From assembly GCA_965116885.1 (NCBI GenBank), contig OZ220741.1, positions 1,920,001-1,984,000 on the forward strand: 64,000 bases of DNA. The letters run 5' to 3'. The position numbers and the translations under genes were made by a program. The notes beneath the pieces are model-generated. The model was not told the DNA's origin and ran no database searches. It saw only the letters and a program-made list of their open reading frames with translations. Of this stretch, positions 28,256-37,484 are shown piece after piece. The DNA is from Candidatus Latescibacterota bacterium (GTDB lineage Bacteria > Latescibacterota > UBA2968). Within the stretch, counting starts at the first letter, position 1. The number at the start of each line of letters is the position of its first letter.

Positions 28256-29533
28256 ATGAGAGGTGTGATTTTGAGAACAGTTTTGATGGTCACACAAAAA
28301 TTTCCCCCTTTTAATGGTGTTGGGGTTCTGCGGGTTACCAAATTTGTGAAGTATATTCAGGATTTTGGATGGCGACCAGTTGTTCTGACTTGCAAACGGG
28401 AAGAAGATCATTTAGACGCTGTGGATGAAAAACTGCTATATGGTGTTCCGGAAGATTTAAGCATTCATCGGGTAAATGCACCTTCCCTGTATGACGTTTA
28501 CAGACAGGTAGGCGGACGGGCAAAACAAGGATCTTTTTCATTGTCTAAAAATTCCTTGGCTTCTTTAATCCGATCTCTATTTGTGCCTGATCAATATGTC
28601 GCCTGGTATTTTACGGGTGTTCGTAAGGCGAAAGAGATTTTCCAGGTGGAGAATATAGACGCGATCTATTCTACATCTCCTCGTGAAACATCTCATCTAA
28701 TAGGAAGAACGCTCCATCTAAAGTATAAGTGTCCCTGGATAGCCGATTTTAGAGATCCCTGGATCGAGAAACAACACCGTCCCAAACGTATCCAGCCTCT
28801 TGAACAGTTCGAGAAGTACTTAGAAAAAATTGTGCTTCGCGATGCAGATTGTATTCTTGCTGCCTGGCCTGGAATTGTCCGAAGTTTTGAGCCTGCTGTA
28901 GAGGGGAAGTCGCAAGTTTTGACAAATGGATTTGATGAAGAGGACTTCAGGGGTCTAAAGCCTCATGTATTCCCCAAATTCACTTTTTTGTTTGCTGGAT
29001 CACTTTTTAAAGAATTGTTTCCCCTACCAATGTTCGAAGCATTGGATGTGCTGCTGCGAACACGTCCAAAACTACGACAAAGAATTCAATTGGTTCTCTT
29101 AGGAAGGCAAGACGCATTTATCCGAGATACGATAAAGAAATACAAGTTAGAATATTGTGTAAATATCATCCCACAAGTACCACACAGAGAATGTTTGCAG
29201 TACATATTAGGAGCTGATGCATTGATTTTTTGTATTCCAGATAAACAGTGTATTCCCAGCAAAATTTTTGAGTATTTAAGAGCCAACCGACCAATACTGG
29301 CAATAGCAGACCAGGATTCAGACGCTGTACAGATTATCGCGCGTGTAAACCCGAGTTTATGTTTAGCAAGCCGAGACCCTGAGCATATAGCACGTTATAT
29401 GTCAAACTTAGTGCGAGATCGCGAGGTTTCGGATTGTGAAATTCAAAACAACAGGCGACTCTGGGAGTTTGAGCGAAGACAGTTAGCAAAACAACTTGCT
29501 CATACCCTCGATACGCTCGTCAATCAGGTTTAG
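28256..29533 (+). CDS. GT4-like glycosyltransferase
   Basis: FPPFNGVGVLR, WIADFRDPW, TNGFD, PSKIFEYL. Confidence 0.88.
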   Translation: MRGVILRTVLMVTQKFPPFNGVGVLRVTKFVKYIQDFGWRPVVLTCKREEDHLDAVDEKLLYGVPEDLSIHRVNAPSLYDVYRQVGGRAKQGSFSLSKNSLASLIRSLFVPDQYVAWYFTGVRKAKEIFQVENIDAIYSTSPRETSHLIGRTLHLKYKCPWIADFRDPWIEKQHRPKRIQPLEQFEKYLEKIVLRDADCILAAWPGIVRSFEPAVEGKSQVLTNGFDEEDFRGLKPHVFPKFTFLFAGSLFKELFPLPMFEALDVLLRTRPKLRQRIQLVLLGRQDAFIRDTIKKYKLEYCVNIIPQVPHRECLQYILGADALIFCIPDKQCIPSKIFEYLRANRPILAIADQDSDAVQIIARVNPSLCLASRDPEHIARYMSNLVRDREVSDCEIQNNRRLWEFERRQLAKQLAHTLDTLVNQV

Positions 29534-29536
29534 GAA

Positions 29537-30220
29537 ATGGGCCGTTTGAATAAAATGTTAAAAGTGCTGTGTGCCCTGAGTTTTCTCATAATACTCTTAC
29601 CGCTCGTGATTCTGGGTATCATATTGATCTGGATAGAGACTCGGGATAGATGCTTGTTCAAGCAAGTCCGGGTGGGGAAAAATTTGAGAACCTTTACCAT
29701 TTATAAACTTAAAACAATGATTGACCGTAAAAAAACAGATCAAAATGATCTCTTTGTAGATAAGGAAAAATATACGACAAAAAGCGGACATTTGCTCAGG
29801 ATGTCAAAAATTGACGAAATACCGCAACTTTGGAATATCATCAAGGGGGATATGGATTTTATAGGTCCGAGGCCGATTAGAGAACCACTACACAATTTTT
29901 ATATGAAAAATATCCCAAACTTTGAACGCCGATACCAAACGTTACCTGGCCTTACTGGTATCTCTCAAATTGTTGATCCTGAGAATACAGATCGCAGTCT
30001 CGGCCTGGCTTGTGACTGTTACTATATCAATAACAAATCTGTGAAACTCAATGTCCAGATCATTGTATCGACGGTCGTATATTTGATGTACAGTCTATCA
30101 CGAGAGATTTACAACTGGACAACTACAAGATGGCTCAGGTGTATCAATGTGGAAAATATCCCCAATATTCAAGCTGATAATTTGCAGCATATGAGTTTGT
30201 CAAAATGGAAACGTCAATGA
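29537..30220 (+). CDS. Priming sugar-phosphate transferase (bacterial sugar transferase family)
   Basis: FKQVRVG, YKLKTM, KIDEIPQLWNIIKGDMDFIGPRP, PGLTG. Confidence 0.92.
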   Translation: MGRLNKMLKVLCALSFLIILLPLVILGIILIWIETRDRCLFKQVRVGKNLRTFTIYKLKTMIDRKKTDQNDLFVDKEKYTTKSGHLLRMSKIDEIPQLWNIIKGDMDFIGPRPIREPLHNFYMKNIPNFERRYQTLPGLTGISQIVDPENTDRSLGLACDCYYINNKSVKLNVQIIVSTVVYLMYSLSREIYNWTTTRWLRCINVENIPNIQADNLQHMSLSKWKRQ

Positions 30221-30221
30221 A

Positions 30222-31331
30222 ATGAAAACAGTGATCAGTGATATTGAATTCTATCGGCCTGCACAAGGTAAATCGAAACATATGGTTTGCAGTAGTACTT
30301 TCTTGAACATTTTGGCCTATCACAATCCATTTTTTAAAAAACCTATCCTGTACGATCTGCTGAGAGTTGGGTGGACATTTTGGTATTCTCCCAAAAAGAG
30401 AAGACTGAGCTCAATGTATGCAACAAATGGCTTTTTATTTAATTTGAGTTCTCTGTTTTCTGTAAACGCGGAGTCCATATTCTGCTCGGACTTAAGTCAC
30501 TTTAGAGCGTGTTTGAGAGAGCGACTTATTGAAAAACGCCCATTATATGTTAATCTATCCGGGGCGCCCGTTTTGATAGGAAATGAGCTTAAGTTCATAG
30601 ATCTACAACTAAAACATTTCACGTATGTTGTCTTTGGTTTCGACAGCAAAAATGATACTGTCTTACTTTTGACAAACGAAGCTTCAAAGGTGGGTTGGGC
30701 ATCAGTTTCTGAGGTTGCGAGCAGGCTTAAGAGAAATGAAATTGTAGATTTTATGAATCCTTTAGACTTACAGATGCCTGATCAAAAAAAATTTGCGGGC
30801 TTTTTTTTGCGAAAAATAAGAAGCAACTTTAAAACCTGTGCTACAATAGGCACTTTGAGGAGGATAAATCACTATGTATGGGGAAATATTACGAGGAAGT
30901 CTATCCCTATAGATTTACCTCCAGTAAGGATCCTGAGTGGCATAGGAGGTATAGAAAAATTTTCGAAAGATCTCGTACACTTATACGGATTAGAGAAGAA
31001 TGAGATAAACGATTTTTCAAAGCATACATGCCGCAAGATAATAGGATTCCGAGATGAACGAGCGATATTTATGAGGTCGTTATTAGGGTTAGCTCGTTTT
31101 AACAAGAAAGATCATATCATAAAAGAAATTGAACGTCTATCGCAAGATTTAGAACTAACCTGGGTATCTTTGGCTAAATCCTTTGCCAGAGTTTATATGT
31201 CAGAGAAGAAAGATTCTGTAGATCGACTACAGGAAAAATTACTTAATATAAAGAGTCGAGAGAAGGCTCTCCTATTACTGATGCAGGATTTTTTAAAAAA
31301 AGGGGGGTTAGATGGTATTGAATCCTTATAA
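30222..31331 (+). CDS. Hypothetical protein, BtrH-like (papain-fold acyltransferase candidate)
   Basis: N-terminal Cys (HMVC), RPLYVNL, H-x3-VVFGFD, helical C-terminus (GIGGIEKF...REK); judged by eye only. Confidence 0.5.
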   Translation: MKTVISDIEFYRPAQGKSKHMVCSSTFLNILAYHNPFFKKPILYDLLRVGWTFWYSPKKRRLSSMYATNGFLFNLSSLFSVNAESIFCSDLSHFRACLRERLIEKRPLYVNLSGAPVLIGNELKFIDLQLKHFTYVVFGFDSKNDTVLLLTNEASKVGWASVSEVASRLKRNEIVDFMNPLDLQMPDQKKFAGFFLRKIRSNFKTCATIGTLRRINHYVWGNITRKSIPIDLPPVRILSGIGGIEKFSKDLVHLYGLEKNEINDFSKHTCRKIIGFRDERAIFMRSLLGLARFNKKDHIIKEIERLSQDLELTWVSLAKSFARVYMSEKKDSVDRLQEKLLNIKSREKALLLLMQDFLKKGGLDGIESL

Positions 31332-31398
31332 ATGAATCATTGGAGTTTGGAGTTATTCAATCAGTCTCTATTATTTTCACTAAAAATAGGATTTGACC

Positions 31399-32712
31399 AT
31401 GAAAAAAAAAGTAAAAATAGCTTATATCTTTACACGGTTTCCCTGTTTGACTGAATTGTTTGCTTTACGTGAGGTAGAAGAATTGAGAAGATTGGGAATT
31501 GATGTTCAGCCTTATTCTTTAAACAGGGTGCGGGCAGAAGAGATGCAAGATCCTCTCATGGAATTTTGGTTTGATAAAACCATATATGTTCCTTCTTCCA
31601 CCAGTTTTCAATGTCTTGTATCGCTGCCTAAGATCGGTATTAAGCGCTTTAGAATTTTTTGGGGAGGTCTCATAGTTAAATGTATCTCTGGAAATATACG
31701 AAACTTAAGATACTTGTTTTCTTCGCTTGCAGTATTTTCTCAGGCTACGCATATAACACAAGAGTTAGTAAAAACAAACGTTATGTGGGTCCATGCACAT
31801 TTTGCGACCAATGCTACAACTGTTGCCTGGATAATCAAGCACCTATCGGGTATCCCTTATAGCTTTACACCTCACGCCTATGATATATTCAAACGAGAAT
31901 TCCAAACGGGATTTCTCAAGACAAAGATTCAAGATGCCCATTTTGTTGTTGCGGTCTCTCAATTTAACAAATTTTTCCTTCAAAATTTTAGCGGACAAAA
32001 GTCTGAAAATGGCCGGTATCCCGTGATTCATTACGGTATTGGATCTGATTATCTACACAGACAATTAAAGAAGGATTGTAAAAATCAGTTCCCTATTATT
32101 CTTTGTATAGCCCGATTAGTAGAAAAGAAAGGTCATAAATATTTAATTAGAGCATTGGATATAATCAAACAACAAGCATTGGATTTTAAATGTATAATGG
32201 TCGGTGATGGACCTTTGCAAGAGCAGTTGATCGATCAGCTAAAAGAAAAGAAATTGGAAGATCGAGTCGAATTTGTAGGGAAGTTTTCTCAAGTTCAGGT
32301 GAAGGATATTTTGGAACAAGCAGATATATTTTGTCTTCCGTGTATTCATGCAAGCAGTGGTGATAGAGACGGCATACCTGTTGCTCTTATGGAAGCGATG
32401 GCAAAACGCCTTCCTGTGATTTCAACTCATATGAAAGGAATCATCGAGTTGGTCAGGTCTGGAGATAACGGGTTGCTGGTGCCGGAGAGAGACGAGAAAG
32501 CACTTGCAGATGCATTAATAATTCTACTAAAAAGTACTGATTTGAGATCGCGTTTGGCTGAAGCTGGTTATAATACGATTCACGAATATTTCAACTCAAA
32601 AAAAGAAACGACAAAATTGTATCAAATATTTCTTAAGCAACTAAAAGAAAGAGACTTTAAGGATGGACTTGACCTATCGGATCGCCAAAAATTTTTAGAC
32701 CTGGATTATTAG
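31399..32712 (+). CDS. GT4 glycosyltransferase (WcaL-like)
   Basis: HAHFA, HAYDIF, ARLVEKKG, DRDGIPVALMEAMA. Confidence 0.92.
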   Translation: MKKKVKIAYIFTRFPCLTELFALREVEELRRLGIDVQPYSLNRVRAEEMQDPLMEFWFDKTIYVPSSTSFQCLVSLPKIGIKRFRIFWGGLIVKCISGNIRNLRYLFSSLAVFSQATHITQELVKTNVMWVHAHFATNATTVAWIIKHLSGIPYSFTPHAYDIFKREFQTGFLKTKIQDAHFVVAVSQFNKFFLQNFSGQKSENGRYPVIHYGIGSDYLHRQLKKDCKNQFPIILCIARLVEKKGHKYLIRALDIIKQQALDFKCIMVGDGPLQEQLIDQLKEKKLEDRVEFVGKFSQVQVKDILEQADIFCLPCIHASSGDRDGIPVALMEAMAKRLPVISTHMKGIIELVRSGDNGLLVPERDEKALADALIILLKSTDLRSRLAEAGYNTIHEYFNSKKETTKLYQIFLKQLKERDFKDGLDLSDRQKFLDLDY

Positions 32713-32716
32713 GCGA

Positions 32717-33790
32717 ATGAACTATATTGATTCTTGTCAGAAAATTATAGAGCAGGTACTTAAGATTGCGCAGAAGAATAATAAATTGCCTGGCTTTTGC
32801 ATTGGTTGTACACGAAAACCAGAAAAAAACGGTCTATATTTTACCCCGATTCGAAACACCTATAGGCTTGTTTCTGGGAGCGTAATCGTTTATACCCCGA
32901 TGGAGGCCGCAAACATTGCCCGAATTGTCGATGGGAAAGTGCAATATATCTTAATTGACATAGAAAAAAAGATAAATTGCGAAGGACGATACCACCAGCT
33001 GACAGACAGCATTGAGCAGGCGGTCAGAGAAACTATAAGGCATTCAACAATTTTGACCTATAAGGGGAATGATTTGGCGGTGGATTCCATTGACTGTTTG
33101 GTGGGTCGATTTCTGGAGGAAGGTCGTCTTCGGCGTCGGAAGAAAGTAGCTATTATTGGGGCGGGCAATGTAGGAACAAAGCTGGCTCTTAAATTGGTCG
33201 AGAGAAATATAGATGTCGTGATCACCAGGCGAAACAAAAATAAACTGGAAGCTATTGTACAGGCGCTGAACTTCATAAAAGCTGAAGGAACGATGGCTGA
33301 AGTGAAAGGCATTCTGGATAACGAAGCCGCTGCTTATCAGGCCGATATTCTGATCGGCCTGACAAATGGCATACCTGTCATTGGAGAAACTATGATTACC
33401 AATCTTGCCGAAGGCGCATTAATCATTGATGGCGGCAAGGGGTGTTTTTCTTCTGCGGCAATCTATAAGGTCAAAGAAATGGGTCTGATGTTTTTTCGGG
33501 CAGATATTCGTCCAGGTTTTGAGGGCCATATTTCTACAATTTTAGAGACTGAACAGATTATAGAAAATACCGTCGGACGTTGTACGATAGATGATATAAC
33601 GATTGTTTCAGGGGGGCTGTTTGCTTATGCGAATGAGATTGTGGTCGATAATGTTTATGAACCTACAACAATATATGGTATGGCAGATGGTCAGGGGGAT
33701 TTTGTGCGAACAATTTCTTCCAGCCAAAAAGAGATGATTGACACTATTCAGAGATATATCAATGCAGGCAGATTTAGATCTATCGCCTGA
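32717..33790 (+). CDS. NAD(P)-binding Rossmann-fold protein of unknown function
   Basis: VAIIGAGNVG, IIDGGKG. Confidence 0.7.
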   Translation: MNYIDSCQKIIEQVLKIAQKNNKLPGFCIGCTRKPEKNGLYFTPIRNTYRLVSGSVIVYTPMEAANIARIVDGKVQYILIDIEKKINCEGRYHQLTDSIEQAVRETIRHSTILTYKGNDLAVDSIDCLVGRFLEEGRLRRRKKVAIIGAGNVGTKLALKLVERNIDVVITRRNKNKLEAIVQALNFIKAEGTMAEVKGILDNEAAAYQADILIGLTNGIPVIGETMITNLAEGALIIDGGKGCFSSAAIYKVKEMGLMFFRADIRPGFEGHISTILETEQIIENTVGRCTIDDITIVSGGLFAYANEIVVDNVYEPTTIYGMADGQGDFVRTISSSQKEMIDTIQRYINAGRFRSIA

Positions 33791-33833
33791 AGAATACGTA
33801 CATTGTAATCTCTTAAGAAAGGCGGAAACCTGA

Positions 33834-34841
33834 ATGCCTAAAGTAAGCGTGCTCCTGCCTGTTTTCAATAGCAAGGACTTTATAGATGATGCAATTAAGA
33901 GTATTTTAGGCCAAACTTATTCTGATTTCGAGCTTCTCATCATTGATGATGGTACAACAGATGGTACTCTAAAACGAATTGAAGCATATAATGATCGTAG
34001 AATTAGGTTAATATCTAATGGATCGAACATTGGTATAGCAAAAACTCTGAACAAAGGTTTAAACCTCATATCCAGTAAATATATTGTCCGAATGGATTGT
34101 GATGATATATCCTTACCCACTCGCATAGAGAAGCAAGTTTCTTTTATGGATCATAATCCCGAAGTAGGTGTTTGCGGAACCTGGATGAAGACTATAGGAA
34201 AGTTACGTACTCGTTATTGGAAACCCCCATCTGGCTCAGATGCTATCCGGTGTTTTTTCCCTTTCAAAAATCCGCTCATTCATCCATCAGTTATTCTCCG
34301 AAGAGAAATGTTATTGAAATATGATTTAATGTACAGTGAGAAATTCCACTATGCAGAAGATCTGGAGCTTTGGTCCAGATGCGCCAGATATTTTCTATTA
34401 AGTAATATCAAGGAAGTATTAGTTTATTATCGGATTCATAACCAGTCAGCAGGAAGATCAAATAGAAATATCCAAAAAGATTCTGTGAATAGAGTACACA
34501 AACGAGAGTTGATAAGAAGTGGTTTGCTGCCAGTTGCAGATTGTCATGAAGTTCTAAATTGGATCAATAATCCTTTGCGTGAAGAAAAAAAACCAAATCG
34601 CCTTAATATCATCGAATACTGGCTTCATAGACTACGAGATACAAATTTCAGGAAGCGAGTATATCCGGAACAGGCCTTTTTGAGTGTATTAGGTTGGATA
34701 TGGTACCGGGAATGTCTTGCCAGTCGAAGTTTAGGTATTTGGACCTGGCGAAAATTCCAAAAATCTTCTCTAAATGACCTGATGCCCCGGAAATTTAAAA
34801 ACCAGCTTGAGTTGAGCATTCGATGTCTAATTCGAAAATGA
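33834..34841 (+). CDS. GT2 glycosyltransferase
   Basis: VSVLLPVFN, IIDDGTTD, RMDCDD, HPSV, AEDLELW. Confidence 0.93.
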   Translation: MPKVSVLLPVFNSKDFIDDAIKSILGQTYSDFELLIIDDGTTDGTLKRIEAYNDRRIRLISNGSNIGIAKTLNKGLNLISSKYIVRMDCDDISLPTRIEKQVSFMDHNPEVGVCGTWMKTIGKLRTRYWKPPSGSDAIRCFFPFKNPLIHPSVILRREMLLKYDLMYSEKFHYAEDLELWSRCARYFLLSNIKEVLVYYRIHNQSAGRSNRNIQKDSVNRVHKRELIRSGLLPVADCHEVLNWINNPLREEKKPNRLNIIEYWLHRLRDTNFRKRVYPEQAFLSVLGWIWYRECLASRSLGIWTWRKFQKSSLNDLMPRKFKNQLELSIRCLIRK

Positions 34842-35067
34842 AGCGACGTTTTCTGCTCGACTTAGTCCAATTCTGTGTTTAAGCAGCAGTAACTGCAGTC
34901 TGAGAAGGTCGGTTTTGTCTTGTGATATCAAGCAGCGGTCACAATGGGCAAGTTGTATGAGCAGGCTGGACCTGGCTAAAGGACCCCACCCAGTCAGGTG
35001 ATTATTTTTTAGCCTTTTAAAGGCTTTTAGGGGGTTAAACAGCTTCTTAGATGATACATTTAAAGGG

Positions 35068-36177
35068 GTGCTGATGGAATTCCAAGTGTGCTGTCCTATT
35101 TGCTCAGGGACTCAAAGTAACGAGATACAAAGTTTCAAATACTCCTGTAAAGACCATGAGAAGACTGCCTCTATAATAGTTATTCTCTGGATAAAATTAC
35201 AGCAACTTTTTAGAAATACGGCTGGAATAGAGAAACCTGTTGAGCATCATGTAGCTAAACTATCTTTAAAACAAAGAACATTACGAAAAATTCTTTTTGA
35301 AAAGTGGTGTGCTGATCAGGAGTTGTTGCTTAAAGTAATGCTTTGTTCAGAATGTGGATTTGTTTGGTTTTCCCCTAGACCTACAGAAACGGACATGAGA
35401 GCTAAATATAATTATTTTAAAGGTAAATTAAAAATGCCATTGGGCGAAATCAAAGACGGATTTGCAAGGATCTTGGATAAGAGGAGAGCAAAAGATATAT
35501 ATCAAAGAACTACTGAATTTCTACCTCACGATAAAATTTCAATAATGGATTTTGGAGGTGGAGATGGCAGGATACTTTTACCTTTTGTGGAGAGAGGTCA
35601 TAAATGTTCAATCGTTGATTTTAATGAAAAACATATCCCCGGTGTTATTAAGATTGCCGACGAAATCTATTCCCTCAAAGATATCCAAAAGTTCGATTTA
35701 ATTCTTTGTTGTCATGTTCTTGAACACTTAGTTAATCCAGTCAAAACATTAGGTGTTTTGCGGAATCACTTAACAAAAGAAGGAACGCTATTTATTGAAA
35801 TCCCAAACGAAATATGGGGTGGTATTAACCGAATTTCTACTGATCCAGTTACACACTGTAATTTTATGACCAGGGGGACATTGGATACAATTGTTAGGAG
35901 GGCTGGATTCGTACCTGTTTGGAGTGAGGAATTATATTCCACTCAAGGTCATCATATGGGTTTGAACATCAGGATGATATGCAAAGTTGGAAAAAAAGAA
36001 AACCGTGTAAATCCAAATGCATATAGAGACGTATTAGATCTGTTGCATCCATCTTACTTATATAGCTTGACACGTCTTTTGAGAATCTACATCCCTCAAT
36101 TAACATTCCATTTTATATTATTACTTAAAAGAAACTTGGCTTTTTTGATAGCGTCCTTAAATTTCTGTAAAAAGTAA
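35068..36177 (+). CDS. Class I SAM-dependent methyltransferase with Zn-binding N-terminus; 3' end overlapped by IS remnant
   Basis: CPIC...CSECG, MDFGGGDG, HVLEHL, EIPN. Confidence 0.88.
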   Translation: MLMEFQVCCPICSGTQSNEIQSFKYSCKDHEKTASIIVILWIKLQQLFRNTAGIEKPVEHHVAKLSLKQRTLRKILFEKWCADQELLLKVMLCSECGFVWFSPRPTETDMRAKYNYFKGKLKMPLGEIKDGFARILDKRRAKDIYQRTTEFLPHDKISIMDFGGGDGRILLPFVERGHKCSIVDFNEKHIPGVIKIADEIYSLKDIQKFDLILCCHVLEHLVNPVKTLGVLRNHLTKEGTLFIEIPNEIWGGINRISTDPVTHCNFMTRGTLDTIVRRAGFVPVWSEELYSTQGHHMGLNIRMICKVGKKENRVNPNAYRDVLDLLHPSYLYSLTRLLRIYIPQLTFHFILLLKRNLAFLIASLNFCKK

Positions 36178-36514
36178 AAAAGTCACCGTAGCTCCGAGAA
36201 AAATCTTAAGATAGGGGTGGAAGTAGTATAAACCCTAACCTTGGAGGCTACGATAACTCACCCCAAAGATATTAAGATTTTTGCACCAGAGCAATTTGCA
36301 CTTTTAAATGATCCTGATTTTCTCAATCAGGCCATAACCCGCTTCCTGCAGCAGTTCCTCGACGCGGAGATCACGTCGTTTTTACAAGCAGAACCCTATC
36401 AAAGAACAGGCGACCGTACGGGCTATCGTAACGGATGTAAACCCCGTTTTGAAATAAACTCTCTGACCCCTATTTCACGGGGCTACATTTTTACAGAACT
36501 TTTTGGACTTGACC
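36147..36514 (+). mobile_element. Internally deleted IS256-family element (MITE-like) with imperfect terminal inverted repeats
   Basis: Left end GATAGCGTCCTTAAATTTCTGTAAAAA and right end TTTTTACAGAACTTTTTGGACTTGACC (20/27 inverted match); flanking CTTTTTT direct repeat; encloses a transposase N-terminal fragment. Confidence 0.8.
36241..36450 (+). pseudogene. IS256-family transposase N-terminal fragment
   Basis: LQQFLDAEITSFLQAEPYQRTGDRTGYRNG is typical of IS256 transposase N-termini; no DDE domain follows. Confidence 0.85.
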
Positions 36515-36624
36515 CTTTTTTTCAAAAGAGAATTCTTTTTAAGAGCTAAGTTATCCCTAAATTAAAAATTTTGTTATCAGTTCTAAGACTAAATGCTACA
36601 TTCCATCTTTTTGGAGAAACTGTC

Positions 36625-37446
36625 ATGAAAAAAAAAGAAAATTCGCCTGCGGTTGTCGTAGGCATTCCGGCACGCATGGGTTCATCTCGATTTCCGGGTA
36701 AACCACTATGTGATATTTTGGGTATATCGATGATTGAGCATGTATATAAGCGATGCAAACTTTCAGACAGTGTAGATTCAGTTTTTGTTGCTGCCTGCGA
36801 CCAGGAGGTTAGAGAGGTGGTAGAAGGTTTTGGTGGAATGGTCGTGATGACGGACCCTGGCATCTCCAGGCCTGCTTTACGAGTAGCCGAAGCCTGTAAA
36901 AAGATAAAAGGTCTAAAGGAGAATGATATTGTAGTGGTCGTCCAGGGGGACGAACCGATGGTCAGGCCCGAAATGATTGATCTCGCTATTGAACCTATTC
37001 TAAAGGATTCAAAAATTATGTGTGTCAATCTGGTATCAAGTCTCACTGATGATCAATGGCTTGATCCAAATGAAATTAAAGTGGTCACTGATTTGGAAAT
37101 GAACGCGCTTTATATGTCCCGAAGCCCAATTCCTTCAAAAATACACAAAGAAAGTTTCAAGGCCAATCCTTTTAATCAACCTGTCCAGTTTCGGCAAGTT
37201 TGTATCTTTCCTTTTTTTAAATCAAACTTATTGAACTTTGTCAAACTGTCACCAACACCTCTGGAACAAGCAGAGTCTATAGAAATGCTGCGTGCAGTTG
37301 AACATGGACATCGAATTCGTATGGTTTACTCTCCTTACGATACGAAATCAGTAGATACCGAATCAGACCGGATAGAAGTTGAGATTCTTTTATCACGCGA
37401 TCCTTTGTGTCACACGTATTTGACTGATCATTTAGCTCTAAATTAG
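36625..37446 (+). CDS. kdsB: 3-deoxy-manno-octulosonate cytidylyltransferase-like (CMP-Kdo synthetase)
   Basis: IPARMGSSRFPGKPL, VQGDEP, ALYMSRSPIP, LEQAESIEMLR. Confidence 0.85.
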   Translation: MKKKENSPAVVVGIPARMGSSRFPGKPLCDILGISMIEHVYKRCKLSDSVDSVFVAACDQEVREVVEGFGGMVVMTDPGISRPALRVAEACKKIKGLKENDIVVVVQGDEPMVRPEMIDLAIEPILKDSKIMCVNLVSSLTDDQWLDPNEIKVVTDLEMNALYMSRSPIPSKIHKESFKANPFNQPVQFRQVCIFPFFKSNLLNFVKLSPTPLEQAESIEMLRAVEHGHRIRMVYSPYDTKSVDTESDRIEVEILLSRDPLCHTYLTDHLALN

Positions 37447-37484
37447 GGTGATCTTCACAGAATCATACATAAATAGAGTAGCTA

